From NCBI GenBank assembly GCA_963810165.1, contig CAWEMG010000037.1, positions 6,465-70,464 on the forward strand: DNA of 64,000 nucleotides, written 5' to 3'. The DNA is from an uncultured Gemmatimonadales bacterium. GTDB lineage: Bacteria; Gemmatimonadota; Gemmatimonadetes; Gemmatimonadales; GWC2-71-9. The notes beneath the pieces are model-generated. The model searched no databases. It was not told the DNA's origin and saw only the letters and a list, made by a program, of their open reading frames with translations. Positions 43,912-54,356 of this stretch are shown piece after piece (positions within the stretch are counted from its first letter, which is position 1; every line of letters starts with the position of its first letter). The position numbers and the translations under genes are program-made.

Positions 43912-44067
43912 GAACAGTCCTCGGACGCGGGAGATGGCCCGATACCCTGGGGCAGCCACTGGGCGGGGCGCCGCACGAGCGTAAGGACCGAAAGAGCGTT
44001 GTCTTAGGATATCTGTCAGGCCATTGATGGAATGCCTGACGTATTGGACGACTGACCAACGCGGGAA

Positions 44068-45007
44068 CTAGGAGCGAGTGGAAGATGGCCCGGGGGGATG
44101 AGGATAGCAAGCCGAAGTCGCCGCCGGCACGCGGACTCGCAGGGCTCCGGGCCTGATCCGATAGCTGAGCGGCGGCTCCAGGGGGAATACTTCGCCGTCG
44201 GTGGCCACCTGCAGCCGATGCCTTCTGGTCTCGATCGTCGCCTCCTCAACCGTAATGAGATCGACTTCCTTGACTCGGTCGGCCCCCTTGAAAAAAACCT
44301 CCCACGCCCAGCCGCAGGAGACCCGGCCGGCGCTCAGCGTTCAGCACGTACAGCGCGAGCCGCCCCCGGGCCAGAGACTCGCGGGTCCCGCCATGGATAC
44401 CCGACATCTTGTATTCATTGTTCCCCACCAGGACCAGCGGGGTGCGCCGGACGATCGTTTCTCCCTCCGCGACGATCCGGACCGCCATGAAAGGACTGCG
44501 CCGCAGTACCGTGAGGCCGGCCCACAGTGCGGCGAGCCACTTGCCTCGGAGAGTGGCCTGGTACTTCTCGCGCAAACGCACGATGGCGGGATAGACCCCG
44601 AGACTGGAGTTGTTCAAGAAGATCCGGCCGTTTATCTCCCCCACATCCACCTTACAGACCACCCCCTCGAGCACGACCTTCGCCGCTTCCTCGAGATCGA
44701 GCGGTATCCCCAGATCCTTGGCGAAATGATTGAGCGTGCCGAGCGGCAGGACACCCAGTGCGATCCCCCGCTCCACCGCTGCGGAGGCACCAGTATTGAT
44801 CGTGCCGTCGCCGCCGCCTGCCACCAGGGTCTCACATCCGCCTTCGACCGCGCGGCGCATGGCCGCGTCGATCTCCTCTCCTCCTCTGGCCAGGGTGATC
44901 CGCGCCTCCTTCCCGGCTGCGGCGAAGATCTCCTTCAGTTGCTCCGCCGCCTTCTCCGCCGCGCCACCCCCGGATGAAGCATTCAGCACTACCGCGATAT
45001 GGCCCAC
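44068..45007 (-). CDS. Diacylglycerol kinase (YegS/DAGK) family lipid kinase (frameshift near 44305)
   Basis: GGGDGTIN, LPLGTLNHFAKDLG, FLNNSSLG, ATDGE. Confidence 0.9.
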
Positions 45008-45712
45008 TCAGCGCAACCGGCGGCGGTGTCGCCTCAGGCGGTCGCCCAGGGCGACCGACGTCACCCAGATGACAGCGACGGAATAGCCGGCAAGCACATC
45101 GCTGGGATAGTGAACTCCGAAGTAGACCCTCGAGAGGCCGACCAGCAGGATCAGCAGCAGACGCCGCGGACCACACGACAATCTTCAGGGCGTGGTGCTT
45201 GAGGCGTGGGGAAAGCAGCGCGGCGAGCCCTCCAAAGACACTGGCCGCGAACAGGGCGTGGCCGCTGGGAAAGCTGGGGGAGCCCGGGAGAGGATAGTCG
45301 AAGAAGGCCTCCGGGCGGACCCGGGCGAACGACAGCTTGAGCGACCAGTTGAGCAGGCCCGCTCCGGCCAGCGTGATGACCGCGAGCAGTGCGCCCCGGC
45401 GCCAACCGCGAACCAGGAACGCCACCGCCGCCAGGAGCCCGGCCGGCACAAGACACTGAGGGGCCACCAAACAGGCTTGCGGCCCGCATGATGCCGGGTC
45501 AAACCGGGGGAGGCGACGGTGTGGACCAGTGACCGGGCGTAATTGTCCAGGCCCAGGGCCTCGCCCTCCAGCACCTCGTCCCCCAGCCAGGTCAGCAGCA
45601 TCGCAGCTGCCGCGGCAACCAGCAAGCCAACCAGCAGTGCGGCGGTCAGGAAGCGCTGGGCTTCTTGAGTGGCGGGTAAAGGCTCGGGGCTGGATTCCGA
45701 CTCGGCAGGCAT
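45008..45712 (-). CDS. PAP2 family phosphatase (frameshifted)
   Basis: [16 protein letters not shown], stitched [16 protein letters not shown]. Confidence 0.88.
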
Positions 45713-45764
45713 GGCTGAATTGAGGGGGCCCGCTGGTTTACCGCAAGCGGGGTGGATAGTCGAT

Positions 45765-45885
45765 GGAGTCAGCGAGTCACGAGAGTGGGAGTCTCTGCAG
45801 CTAGGAGCCAGGATGCTGACTCCTTTCAGAGCTCGAGATCAGAGATCGAGAACTCCTGATCTCCGACTCCCGGGACTGCCGACTT
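45765..45885. repeat. Degenerate heptamer repeats (GAGTC/GACTC cores) with inverted arrangement
   Basis: gagtcagcgagtcacgagagtgggagtc...ctcctgatctccgactcccgggactgccgact. Confidence 0.55.
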
Positions 45886-45996
45886 GCCACATCGAGGTCT
45901 TCATGCCAGTGAAGCCGCCAACGCCCGCGGCATCACCGTCCTCGCCCTGCTGCTGCTGATCATCGCGCTGCGGTGGGCGCTTCTTCCTGACTCGCG

Positions 45997-46506
45997 CTAC
46001 CTGCAACTAGCCCATAGCTTCTTGATCAGCTGGATCTGCCCGGTGTGATAGAGATCGTGGGCCGCAATGCCGTGGATCTCCTCGGCGTTGGTCCAGACGC
46101 CCTGCGGCGAGCGGGCCTCGAGCTTTGCCGGGGGCAGGGTGCGTACGGCCTCACGCAGCAGCCGGTGCTCGTTCTCCAGCAGCCGGATCTCCTGCTTCCA
46201 TGCGGCGGGGTCCGGGTCCGCGGGCACCAGCGGCCAATTGCTGGGCTTTCGGGAAAACGACCCGATCGCATCTCCCACCAGCCGCCGGCGCACCGCGTAC
46301 TTCCAGTAGGCGGCGTGCACCGTCAGCTCCCAGATGTTGTGCCGGCCCGGTGCCGGCCTCCAGAGCGCCGCCTCCGCCGTGATCCCCCGAAGCGCGCCCC
46401 GAAGGGTGGTGCCGTGCCATCCCTTACGATCGAACGCCTGGTCCAGTATCTCCAGCAGCAGATCGATTCGGGGATCGGCCATCCGCCGAGGCGCTCGCGC
46501 TGTCAT
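45997..46506 (-). CDS. DinB family protein
   Basis: HNIWELTVHAAYW and HDLYHTGQI His motifs. Confidence 0.88.
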   Translation of the reverse strand: MTARAPRRMADPRIDLLLEILDQAFDRKGWHGTTLRGALRGITAEAALWRPAPGRHNIWELTVHAAYWKYAVRRRLVGDAIGSFSRKPSNWPLVPADPDPAAWKQEIRLLENEHRLLREAVRTLPPAKLEARSPQGVWTNAEEIHGIAAHDLYHTGQIQLIKKLWASCR

Positions 46507-46531
46507 CCGACCTCCTCCGAGTGTATCCCGA

Positions 46532-48131
46532 TCAGCTGGGCCTGTTCGGCGCGCTGAAGGCAAAGCCCTTCCCGACAATGAAGACCCAGCCGGCCGGATC
46601 TACGTCGTTGGCGAAGCGGTGGGCGAGGTCGAACCGCAGCGCGTCGGTATCGGATGAACGGCTGGCACCCAGCCTCAACCCGATGCCCGCATCCCAGCCG
46701 GTTCGCTTGGGGGAGCCGGCGTACCAGGCGCCGCCATAGTCGACGAAGCCGGCGACGCCGACACCGACCAGCCGGAAGAGGTCATCTATCACCGTGTAAC
46801 GATACTCGGCCGACACGAAGACGGAACGGTCGCCGGTGAACGCGTGACTGCCAAAGGCCCGCGGCCCGCTGCCGAGCCCAAGGTCGAACTCCCCACCGGG
46901 TGCAGGGTCTTCGAGCCAGCCGGCATCGGCGTGAAACACCGCCATGTGTCGGGGGGCCGGCTGCAGCACGGTTGTGACCGCGAACTGCACCGACCCGGAG
47001 TCGAGTCCCGCGCAGGTGAACAGCCCGTGCGCGCCGGCGTCCAGGAAGGCGAAGCCGGCTGGAATCCGGGCACCCACTCGTCCTCCGATGTCCGGGCCGA
47101 TGCCATTGAGCTCATAGCCAAAGAGCTTCGGGGCCACGCTCAGGCCCACCCGCACCGTGGTGCCGAGATCTACGTCTTCCTCGCGCGCGAAGCCGGCGTA
47201 TCCCTGGGTGACGATGAACCGGGTATGGCTGAACTGCAGGTTCATGCCGACGGCACCGGTTACGGTCTCCGGAAAGGGCCCGGTGAACCCCTCCGGAACG
47301 AAGTCATCCCGCCGCACCTGAGCGCCCGAGTCCCAGGCGCAGGTAACCGGCGCTTGAGGCCCGAAGCGCCTTGGCTACGTACGCCCGTACCTGCGTATAG
47401 CGGCGTTGCAGCGTGTCCGAGGCCACGTCGCCGCCTTCCCGGAATTGGAGCACGCGTTCTTCGCCGTCTCCGGCATCAAAGCGGAAGGCCCGGGTGGTGG
47501 TCAGCGAGTAGAACGGATGGTCCAGCGTGATGCCGGCGGAGTGGCCATCGGATTTGTTTTCATATCCCACCCCGAGACCGACCGAGCCGGCAAAGAGTCT
47601 GGGCCGACGAAACGACATGGCCACAGTGGATCGGTCGGGATCCTTCTGATACCGTATCGCCGCCGCCGATGCCGTACCCAGCAGGTTGCTCTCCACCAGT
47701 CCGATAGTAAACGCGATCTCGCCTCCCGTGCTGCGGAATCGCCAGTCTGCCTGCGTGCTCCAGCCGTCCTTGGTGATCACCCGGAGCATGAGGCCGTCAG
47801 GAGTGCGGACCGAATCGATCTGTACCCGGCGGAAGACTCCAATGGCTCGCAGGTTGCGCTCGGACTCCGCCACCAGGGCCGAGTCATAGGGCTGACCTAC
47901 GGCGAACAGCAACTCCCGGCGGACTACCGCGGGCTGGGTCTGGATATGAAGGCTGTTGGCGAGCCGGGCGAACCAGCTGCGCTCGTCGGGGTCGAAGATG
48001 TCGCGCCGCTCGAGCCGAACCCCGCGAATGATCAGGTTCGGGTCGGGCGTCGATGTATCCACGACCGTCTGGGCCGGAAGCTGCAGCGGAAGTAGAAAGA
48101 CCGCGAAAGGCAGAACACGCCGAAGCTGCAA
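46532..48131 (-). CDS. Omp85/BamA-TamA-like outer-membrane protein with POTRA (frameshift near 47325)
   Basis: VVRRELLF...ESERNLR POTRA; ESNLLG; barrel with GPRAF; ends IVGKGFAF. Confidence 0.8.
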
Positions 48132-48189
48132 CAGAACTCCAAGTGAAGAAATGCCCCGCGGAGCAGTGAGGGCGGAAGATAAGACGTCC

Positions 48190-48972
48190 CTACCCCAAAT
48201 CGGCAACGCTCGCCAGAATCCGGTCCGGGGTGATACCCGCGTCAGCCAGAGCCGACTCGCGATACTTCCCGGTGCGAACCAGCCAACCCTGCAGCCCCGC
48301 TTGTTGCGCGCCTTCCACATCCGACCAGAGATCGTCCCCCACCATTGCCACGGAGCTAGCCTGCTCCAGACCCAGGCTGCCCAGCGCGGCCTGATAGAAG
48401 GCCGCGCACGGCTTTCCGGCGACTATGGCCCTCCTGCCGACGGCGAACTCCAGGCCAGCCACGAAAGGGCCGGCGTCCAGCGCCAGCCTTCCCTCCCTCA
48501 TCCAGTACCGGTCCCGGGACAGTGCGATCAGCGCCGCGCCCGCCATCAGGTACTCGAAGGCCTCCTGGAGCAAGGCGTAGGACCAGAGCTCGCCCAGGTC
48601 GCCGACCAGCACCGCGTCGGGGATCCCGGCGGCAACGCATCCGGAGGTGCCGCCCCCCAGCGAAAGATCGGTCAGGTCCGAAAGCGCGGCCTCCGGCAGG
48701 AAGGGCGCCACCCGCTGATACCCGGCGGCCCGGGCGACGTCCGCGCCGGCAACGGTAGCGGTAAACAGTTCCGCCGGCGAGACCTCGAAGCCGTATTCGG
48801 CAAGCCGCTGCACCAGCATCGCGCGGGACCGGCTGGTGGTATTGGTCACGAGGCGGAAGGGAATGTCACGCTCGCGGAGCCGTCGCAGAGCTTCGGCGGC
48901 CCCCGGTACCGGACCGGCGCTGGTATACAGGGTCCCATCCAGGTCCAGCAGGAAGGCAAGAGGCTGGATCAG
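48190..48972 (-). CDS. HAD-IIA family hydrolase (start codon uncertain)
   Basis: FLLDLDGTLY in frame upstream of the listed ORF, VTNTT, GKP, MVGDDLWSDV, VRTGKY. Confidence 0.88.
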   Translation of the reverse strand: MIQPLAFLLDLDGTLYTSAGPVPGAAEALRRLRERDIPFRLVTNTTSRSRAMLVQRLAEYGFEVSPAELFTATVAGADVARAAGYQRVAPFLPEAALSDLTDLSLGGGTSGCVAAGIPDAVLVGDLGELWSYALLQEAFEYLMAGAALIALSRDRYWMREGRLALDAGPFVAGLEFAVGRRAIVAGKPCAAFYQAALGSLGLEQASSVAMVGDDLWSDVEGAQQAGLQGWLVRTGKYRESALADAGITPDRILASVADLG

Positions 48973-48986
48973 GATATATTTCCCCC

Positions 48987-49686
48987 ATGACGTTTGTCAC
49001 ACTGCTTCTCTCGCACGCCCTTCTCCTCTCCGGGCTGGGCGCCCCGCCCTTCGGTGTCGGCGAGACCCTCCGGTATGACGCGAAGCTGGGCTATTTCGCG
49101 GTCGGGTCGGCCAGCCTCTCTCTGAGCCGGACCGCTCAGGAGCGGGGTACCGCCGCCTACGTGTTCACCATGGCTGGGCAGGGCGGGCCGCCCGGATGGC
49201 GGGTCCGCTACGACCTGACGTCCTGGGTAGACAGCCGGCGCTTCAATTCCCTGCGCTTTCACCGCCGGCTGGTGCAGGGCGGGAAAGTGGACGACCACGA
49301 ATATCTGATCCTTCCGGACTCGGCGCGGTACGAGCAGGTCGGCACCGAAGGCGCCTGGGTTGCGCCCGCCGACCCGCTCGATGAGCTGGCATTTCCTGTA
49401 TTTTCTCCGGACCGCGCCGCTGCAGCCAGGCCGCTCGTACAGCTACTCACGCTACTTCAAGACCGGCTACAACCCGATTCAGGTCTCGGTCGCCGAGGCC
49501 CGGGAGAACGTGGCACTGCCGGATGGCAAGACCGTTCCCGCGCTGGCGGTACAGGTCGCCTCCAGAGGAATGATCATGAAGGCATGGCTGACCGACGACG
49601 CCCGGCGCCTCCCGGTGCAGCTCGAGGTCCCGCTGCCGTTCGGCGTGGTGGCGCTGCAGCTGGTGGAGTATCAGCGAGGCCGCTAG
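48987..49686 (+). CDS. DUF3108-like secreted protein (frameshift near 49395)
   Basis: PFGVGETLRY start, DPLDEL, WLTDDARRLPVQL. Confidence 0.72.
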
Positions 49687-51083
49687 TACCGCCCCAGATA
49701 GTTGTCGATCTCCCACTTGCTCACCTGCAGATTGTACTGCAGCACCTCGTTACCCTTGGCCTCCAGAAATCGTTCGGTCAGATGGTCGCCCAGCGCCGCT
49801 TTGACGACGTCGTCCTTCTGCATCATCTCGAGCGCCTCATGGAGGTCGCGAGGCAGCTCGTCGATCCGGTACTTGCGGCGGTCCCGGTAGCTCATCGTAA
49901 AGATGTTCCGGCTGACCGGCTCCCGCGCCTCGAGCTTCCGCTCGACGCCGTCCAGACCCGCGGCCAGCTGCACCGTCAGCGCCAGGTAGGGATTGCACGA
50001 GGGATCCGGCATCCGGAGCTCGCAGCGGGTCCCCAGCCCCCGGCGGTCGGGAATGCGGACCAGCGGTGAGCGGTTTCGCATGGACCACGCGACATTGACC
50101 GGTGCCTCATACCCCGGCACCAGGCGCTTGTAGCTGTTGATCAGGGGATTGGTAATGGCGCAGAACCCACGGGCGTGCTGCAGCAGTCCTTCTATATAGC
50201 TGAGGGCGGTCCGCGAGAGCTGATATTCGGCCTTGGGATCGTAGAAGGCGTTTTCCTTGCCACGAAAGAGGGACTGGTGGGTATGCATCCCGCTCCCGTT
50301 GATCCCCTCGAGCGGCTTGGGCATGAAGGACGCGAGGAAGCCGAATCGGTTGGCCACGTTGCGCACCACGAACTTGAACGTGGTCAGATTGTCGGCCGTG
50401 GTGAGGGCATCGGCATACTTGAAGTCGATCTCGTGCTGGCCGGTGGCCACCTCATGGTGGGCCGCCTCCACCTCGAACCCCATCTCCACCAGCTGCTCGA
50501 CGATCACACGCCGGATTTCCTCGCCCCGGTCCACCGGTCCGAGGTCGAAGTACGCGGCCGAGTCGTGGGTGACGGTCGTGGGAGACCCGTCGGGCGACTT
50601 CTCGAATAGAAAGAACTCCGCTTCGCAGCCCGCCATCATGGCAAAGCCCATCTTCCGGGCCCGTTCGACCTGGCGCTTGAGCGTGGTTCGAGGACAGCCC
50701 GCGAAGGGTTGCTCGTCCGGGGTGTAGATGTCGCAGAGCAGCCGGGCTACCCGGCCGCCTTCGTCGTCGTAGGGGAGAATCCGGAAGGTGTGCAGGTCCG
50801 GCTTGAGCAGCATATCCGATTCCTCGATCCGTACGAAGCCTTCGATCGAGGACCCATCGAACATGATCTCACCATCCAGCGCCTTCTCGAACTGGCTGCG
50901 CGGCACCTCGACGTTCTTGTTCACGCCCAGAATGTCGGTGAACTGCAGCCGCATGAAATCGACGCTGAACCGGCGCGCCAGCTCCAGCAGCTCAGCCTTG
51001 CCGGCACCCCCCAGGTCGGTAGGGAATCCCTCCAGGCTCGGGCGATCCGGGGAACCGGACTGGCGCTGCTTCGCTGGGGACAT
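49683..51083 (-). CDS. glnA: Glutamine synthetase type I
   Basis: FDGSSIEGF, HHEVATGQHEI, FMPKP..NGSGMHTHQS, NSYKRLVPGYEAP, ELRMPDP. Confidence 0.97.
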   Translation of the reverse strand: MSPAKQRQSGSPDRPSLEGFPTDLGGAGKAELLELARRFSVDFMRLQFTDILGVNKNVEVPRSQFEKALDGEIMFDGSSIEGFVRIEESDMLLKPDLHTFRILPYDDEGGRVARLLCDIYTPDEQPFAGCPRTTLKRQVERARKMGFAMMAGCEAEFFLFEKSPDGSPTTVTHDSAAYFDLGPVDRGEEIRRVIVEQLVEMGFEVEAAHHEVATGQHEIDFKYADALTTADNLTTFKFVVRNVANRFGFLASFMPKPLEGINGSGMHTHQSLFRGKENAFYDPKAEYQLSRTALSYIEGLLQHARGFCAITNPLINSYKRLVPGYEAPVNVAWSMRNRSPLVRIPDRRGLGTRCELRMPDPSCNPYLALTVQLAAGLDGVERKLEAREPVSRNIFTMSYRDRRKYRIDELPRDLHEALEMMQKDDVVKAALGDHLTERFLEAKGNEVLQYNLQVSKWEIDNYLGRY

Positions 51084-51097
51084 GCGGTGCTCGCGAG

Positions 51098-51246
51098 AAG
51101 CGGGAATCAGGAAGTCAGCCTGCCCGGAGTCTGGAGTCTAAGCCTGGGGGTGAAAAGTGAGCGGGAGACGAAAAGCCGGGAGACCGGTCGGGACTAAGGG
51201 CGCCCGACTCCTGACTCCCGACTACCGTTGACCGTTCACCGTTTAC
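51098..51246. repeat. Degenerate heptamer repeats in the divergent intergenic region
   Basis: ggagtct ggagtct; cgactcc tgactcc cgactac; ccgttga ccgttca ccgttta. Confidence 0.6.
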
Positions 51247-51258
51247 GCTTCTGGTCTC

Positions 51259-52054
51259 ATGGATCATACCACTACCCGGACCTGCCCGGCATGCGGCGCG
51301 CCGGCATCTGGGAAACTTCTGTAATACCTGCGGGGCCAACCTGGCCCAGCGTACCTGCGCTCAGTGCCGGGCAGAGCTCTCGGCCCAGGCGCGCTTCTGC
51401 CATCGCTGCGGCACGCCGGTAGGCCTCCGGGCCCCCAGCGCCGCGGCGAGATCCGAGCGGAAGGCATGGATCGCCGCCGCCGCACTGTGCGTCCTGCTGG
51501 TTGCCGCGATTGTCTATCAGGTGTCGACCGCGACATCCGCCCCGGTCGCGCCCGACATGGCCAATGCCGGCAGCAGCAGCGGACTGCCCGGAGACCCCGG
51601 TTCCGCAGGCCGTGCACCCGACATCAGTGCCATGACCCCTCAGGAGCGGTTCGACCGGCTGTTCAACCGCATCATGGAGGCGGCTGGTCGGCAGGACTCG
51701 GCCGAAGTGGAGCGGTTTACCCCGATGGCGCTGGGAGCCTACCAGCAGCTCGAATCGCGAAACGCCGACTCCCGCTACCACGCTGCGGTGCTCCACCTCC
51801 AGGTAGGAAACTTCGCCGCGGCTCACGCGCTGGCAGACACCATTCAATCTCAATCTCCGGCGCACCTCTTCGGATACGTGGTGCGGGGCGAGGTGGCCAA
51901 ACTCCGGGGAGATTCGGCGCAGCTGGGGCGGGCTCAACGTGATTTCCTGGCCCATTACCGGGCGGAGAAAGCTGCCGGGCGGGTCGAATACCTGGAGCAC
52001 GAACCGGTGCTGGATGAGTTCAAAGTCAGGCGGAAAGAGCGGAAAAGGCGGTAG
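51259..52054 (+). CDS. Double zinc-ribbon membrane protein with a helical (TPR-like) C-terminus (frameshifted)
   Basis: From ATG 51259: CPACG..FCNTCG..CAQC..FCHRCG; continues into ORF 51521..52054. Confidence 0.7.
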
Positions 52055-52152
52055 GGGGCGGAAGGAAGGAAGCGGTAGAAAGAGAAGCGCAAAGCGCGGA
52101 ACCTACCGCCGTTACCGCCCGAGTCTCGCGAAGCGAGACGAGGCTACCGCCG
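52048..52152. repeat. GCGGTAG/CTACCGCC inverted-repeat element
   Basis: ggcggtag...gcggtag...ctaccgccgttaccgcc...ctaccgcc; same units as 3312-3375. Confidence 0.6.
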
Positions 52153-52189
52153 CTTCATCTTCCGCCCTGGTAGCCTATTAGAGGAGCTC

Positions 52190-53032
52190 ATGCGGAAGAC
52201 CATCCACGTAGCCCACAGCCCCGACTCCGACGACGCTTTCATGTTCTACGCTCTGGCCGAAGGCAAGCTGGAAACGGGCGACCTCCGTTACGTGCATGAG
52301 CTTTCGGACATCGAGTCATTGAACCAGCGCGCGTTGCGGGGGGAGCTCGAGGTAACGGCAGTGTCGATCCACGCCTACGCCTACCTCTGGCGCAGCTATG
52401 CACTCCTGGGATCCGGATCCTCCATGGGGGACGGCTATGGGCCCCGGCTGGTGTCCAGGACGGCAGCTGGACCGGATGTCAGGACAGAGCTTCGAGGGCT
52501 ACGGGTCGGGGTTCCCGGCAAGCTGACGACGGCCTACCTGGCCCTCCAGCTGTACCAGCCGGACTGTATTGCGGTGGTGATCCCGTTCGACGAGATCGAG
52601 GCCGCGGTCCACAACCGCGAGATCGATGTGGGCCTCCTGATCCATGAAGGCCAGCTGACCTATGGCGACGCCGGTCTGCACCTCTGGGCTGACCTCGGAG
52701 CGTGGTGGCTGGAGGAGACCGGTCTTCCTCTGCCCCTGGGAGGCAACGCCGTTCGACGGGATCTGGGCCCCGAGCTCACGGCGCAGATCGCACGCGACCT
52801 GCGGGCCAGCATCGTATACGGGCTGGAGCATCGGGGCCCGGCGCTGGCGCATGCCCGGCAGTTCAACCGGGGCATCGGGGATGAGCGGACCGATGTGTTC
52901 GTCGGCATGTACGTCAACCAATGGACCGTTGATTACGGACCCAGAGGGCGAGCGGCGGTCCAGCTGCTGCTGGACCGGGCCTACCAGGCGGGCATCATCC
53001 CGGAGCCGGTTCCGGTGGAGTTCGTCGGCTAG
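52190..53032 (+). CDS. mqnD: MqnD 1,4-dihydroxy-6-naphthoate synthase (futalosine menaquinone pathway)
   Basis: AHSPDSDDAFMFYAL, DIESLN, IHEGQLTY, LPLPLGG, MYVN. Confidence 0.88.
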   Translation: MRKTIHVAHSPDSDDAFMFYALAEGKLETGDLRYVHELSDIESLNQRALRGELEVTAVSIHAYAYLWRSYALLGSGSSMGDGYGPRLVSRTAAGPDVRTELRGLRVGVPGKLTTAYLALQLYQPDCIAVVIPFDEIEAAVHNREIDVGLLIHEGQLTYGDAGLHLWADLGAWWLEETGLPLPLGGNAVRRDLGPELTAQIARDLRASIVYGLEHRGPALAHARQFNRGIGDERTDVFVGMYVNQWTVDYGPRGRAAVQLLLDRAYQAGIIPEPVPVEFVG

Positions 53033-53237
53033 AAGGGCCTTTCGTTAAGGTTACGCTCGTCACGGCCGACACTTGTGAGAGCCACGAGCCCCCGCCGTGT
53101 CTCTCATTCGACCCTAATCTGACCAGACTCCTACCGTGCTCACTACCGGATCGTTCCGATATGGTTTTCGAAGCGTGAATCCGCGAGTGGGTGCCATCTC
53201 CGCATCGCCCGGCGCGCGACCGCGTGGTGGAGTTTGT

Positions 53238-54302
53238 GTGCCCCTGACCGATGGGCCGGTGACGCTGCTCGTCGTGGACGACGAGGAAGCCATCTGCAAT
53301 GCCCTCCGCAAATTCCTCAGCCAGCAGGGATATGAAGTCACCACCGCGGCGAGCGGCGAAGAGGCGCTGCTGATCCTGCAGCGCCAGAAGATCACAGGCA
53401 TGCTGCTGGACGTGAACATGCCCGGGATCAGCGGGGTGGATCTGGTGCCGCAGATCATGGAGATCGAGCCGACCATCGCCTTGCTCATGCTGACTGCGGT
53501 CAACGACGCCACCAGCGCCGCCCTATGCATGCAGCGGGGCGCCTACGACTACCTGATCAAGCCGATCGATCTGGGCCATCTGAGCCGAGCCATCCACCAC
53601 GCGCTGCAGCGCCGGCACACCCAGCTGGAAAGCCAGCAGATCAACCAGTGGCTCAAGGAGGAGGTGGCATCCCGGGTGGCCGAGCGGCGGGTCGAGCAGG
53701 CCAACCAGGAGCGCATTTCCGTCGCCACTCTCGAAGCGCTGGTCAACGCGCTGGAAGCCAAAGACCCCTACCTGCGGGGCCACTCGGCCCGGGTGGCCGA
53801 CCTCTCGGCGATGGTGGCGGCTGAGTACGGCTGCACCGACGAGCAAGTCGAAGCGGTGCGCACCGGCGGCCGGCTGCATGACATCGGCAAGATCGGCATC
53901 CGGGAGGAGATCCTCAACAAGCAGGGCCCCCTGACCGAGGCGGAGTTCGAGCACGTAAAGCAGCACGTCACCGTGGGCTCGCAGATCCTCTCGCCACTGG
54001 TCCATCTCAAGGATGTGATCGGCTACGTGCGCAGCCACCACGAGCGCTGGGATGGACTGGGATACCCGGATCGTCTCGCCGGAGAGGCGGTGCCCCTGGG
54101 GGCGAGGATCATCGGCGCGGTCGAGATCTACGACGCCCTGACGACGGCGCGCCCGTACCAGGAGAAGATGCCGCCGGAAGTTGCGGTCGAGAGAATGCGG
54201 GATCTAATTGGAACAGTGCTGGACCCAGCGGTTCACCGGGCGCTGGAAGCGGTCGTCTCGCACCGTCAGACGCTGGTCTTTCTCGACGACGCACGCGTCT
54301 GA
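53238..54302 (+). CDS. REC + HD-GYP cyclic di-GMP phosphodiesterase response regulator
   Basis: VVDDE/LLDVNMP receiver; HSARVA, LHDIGKIG, HHERWDGLGYP. Confidence 0.93.
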   Translation: MPLTDGPVTLLVVDDEEAICNALRKFLSQQGYEVTTAASGEEALLILQRQKITGMLLDVNMPGISGVDLVPQIMEIEPTIALLMLTAVNDATSAALCMQRGAYDYLIKPIDLGHLSRAIHHALQRRHTQLESQQINQWLKEEVASRVAERRVEQANQERISVATLEALVNALEAKDPYLRGHSARVADLSAMVAAEYGCTDEQVEAVRTGGRLHDIGKIGIREEILNKQGPLTEAEFEHVKQHVTVGSQILSPLVHLKDVIGYVRSHHERWDGLGYPDRLAGEAVPLGARIIGAVEIYDALTTARPYQEKMPPEVAVERMRDLIGTVLDPAVHRALEAVVSHRQTLVFLDDARV

Positions 54303-54356
54303 CCTCCCCGGTTCGGCCCACGAGCTGCCGAGCCCCATCGGCGTTGCGGATGCCCC

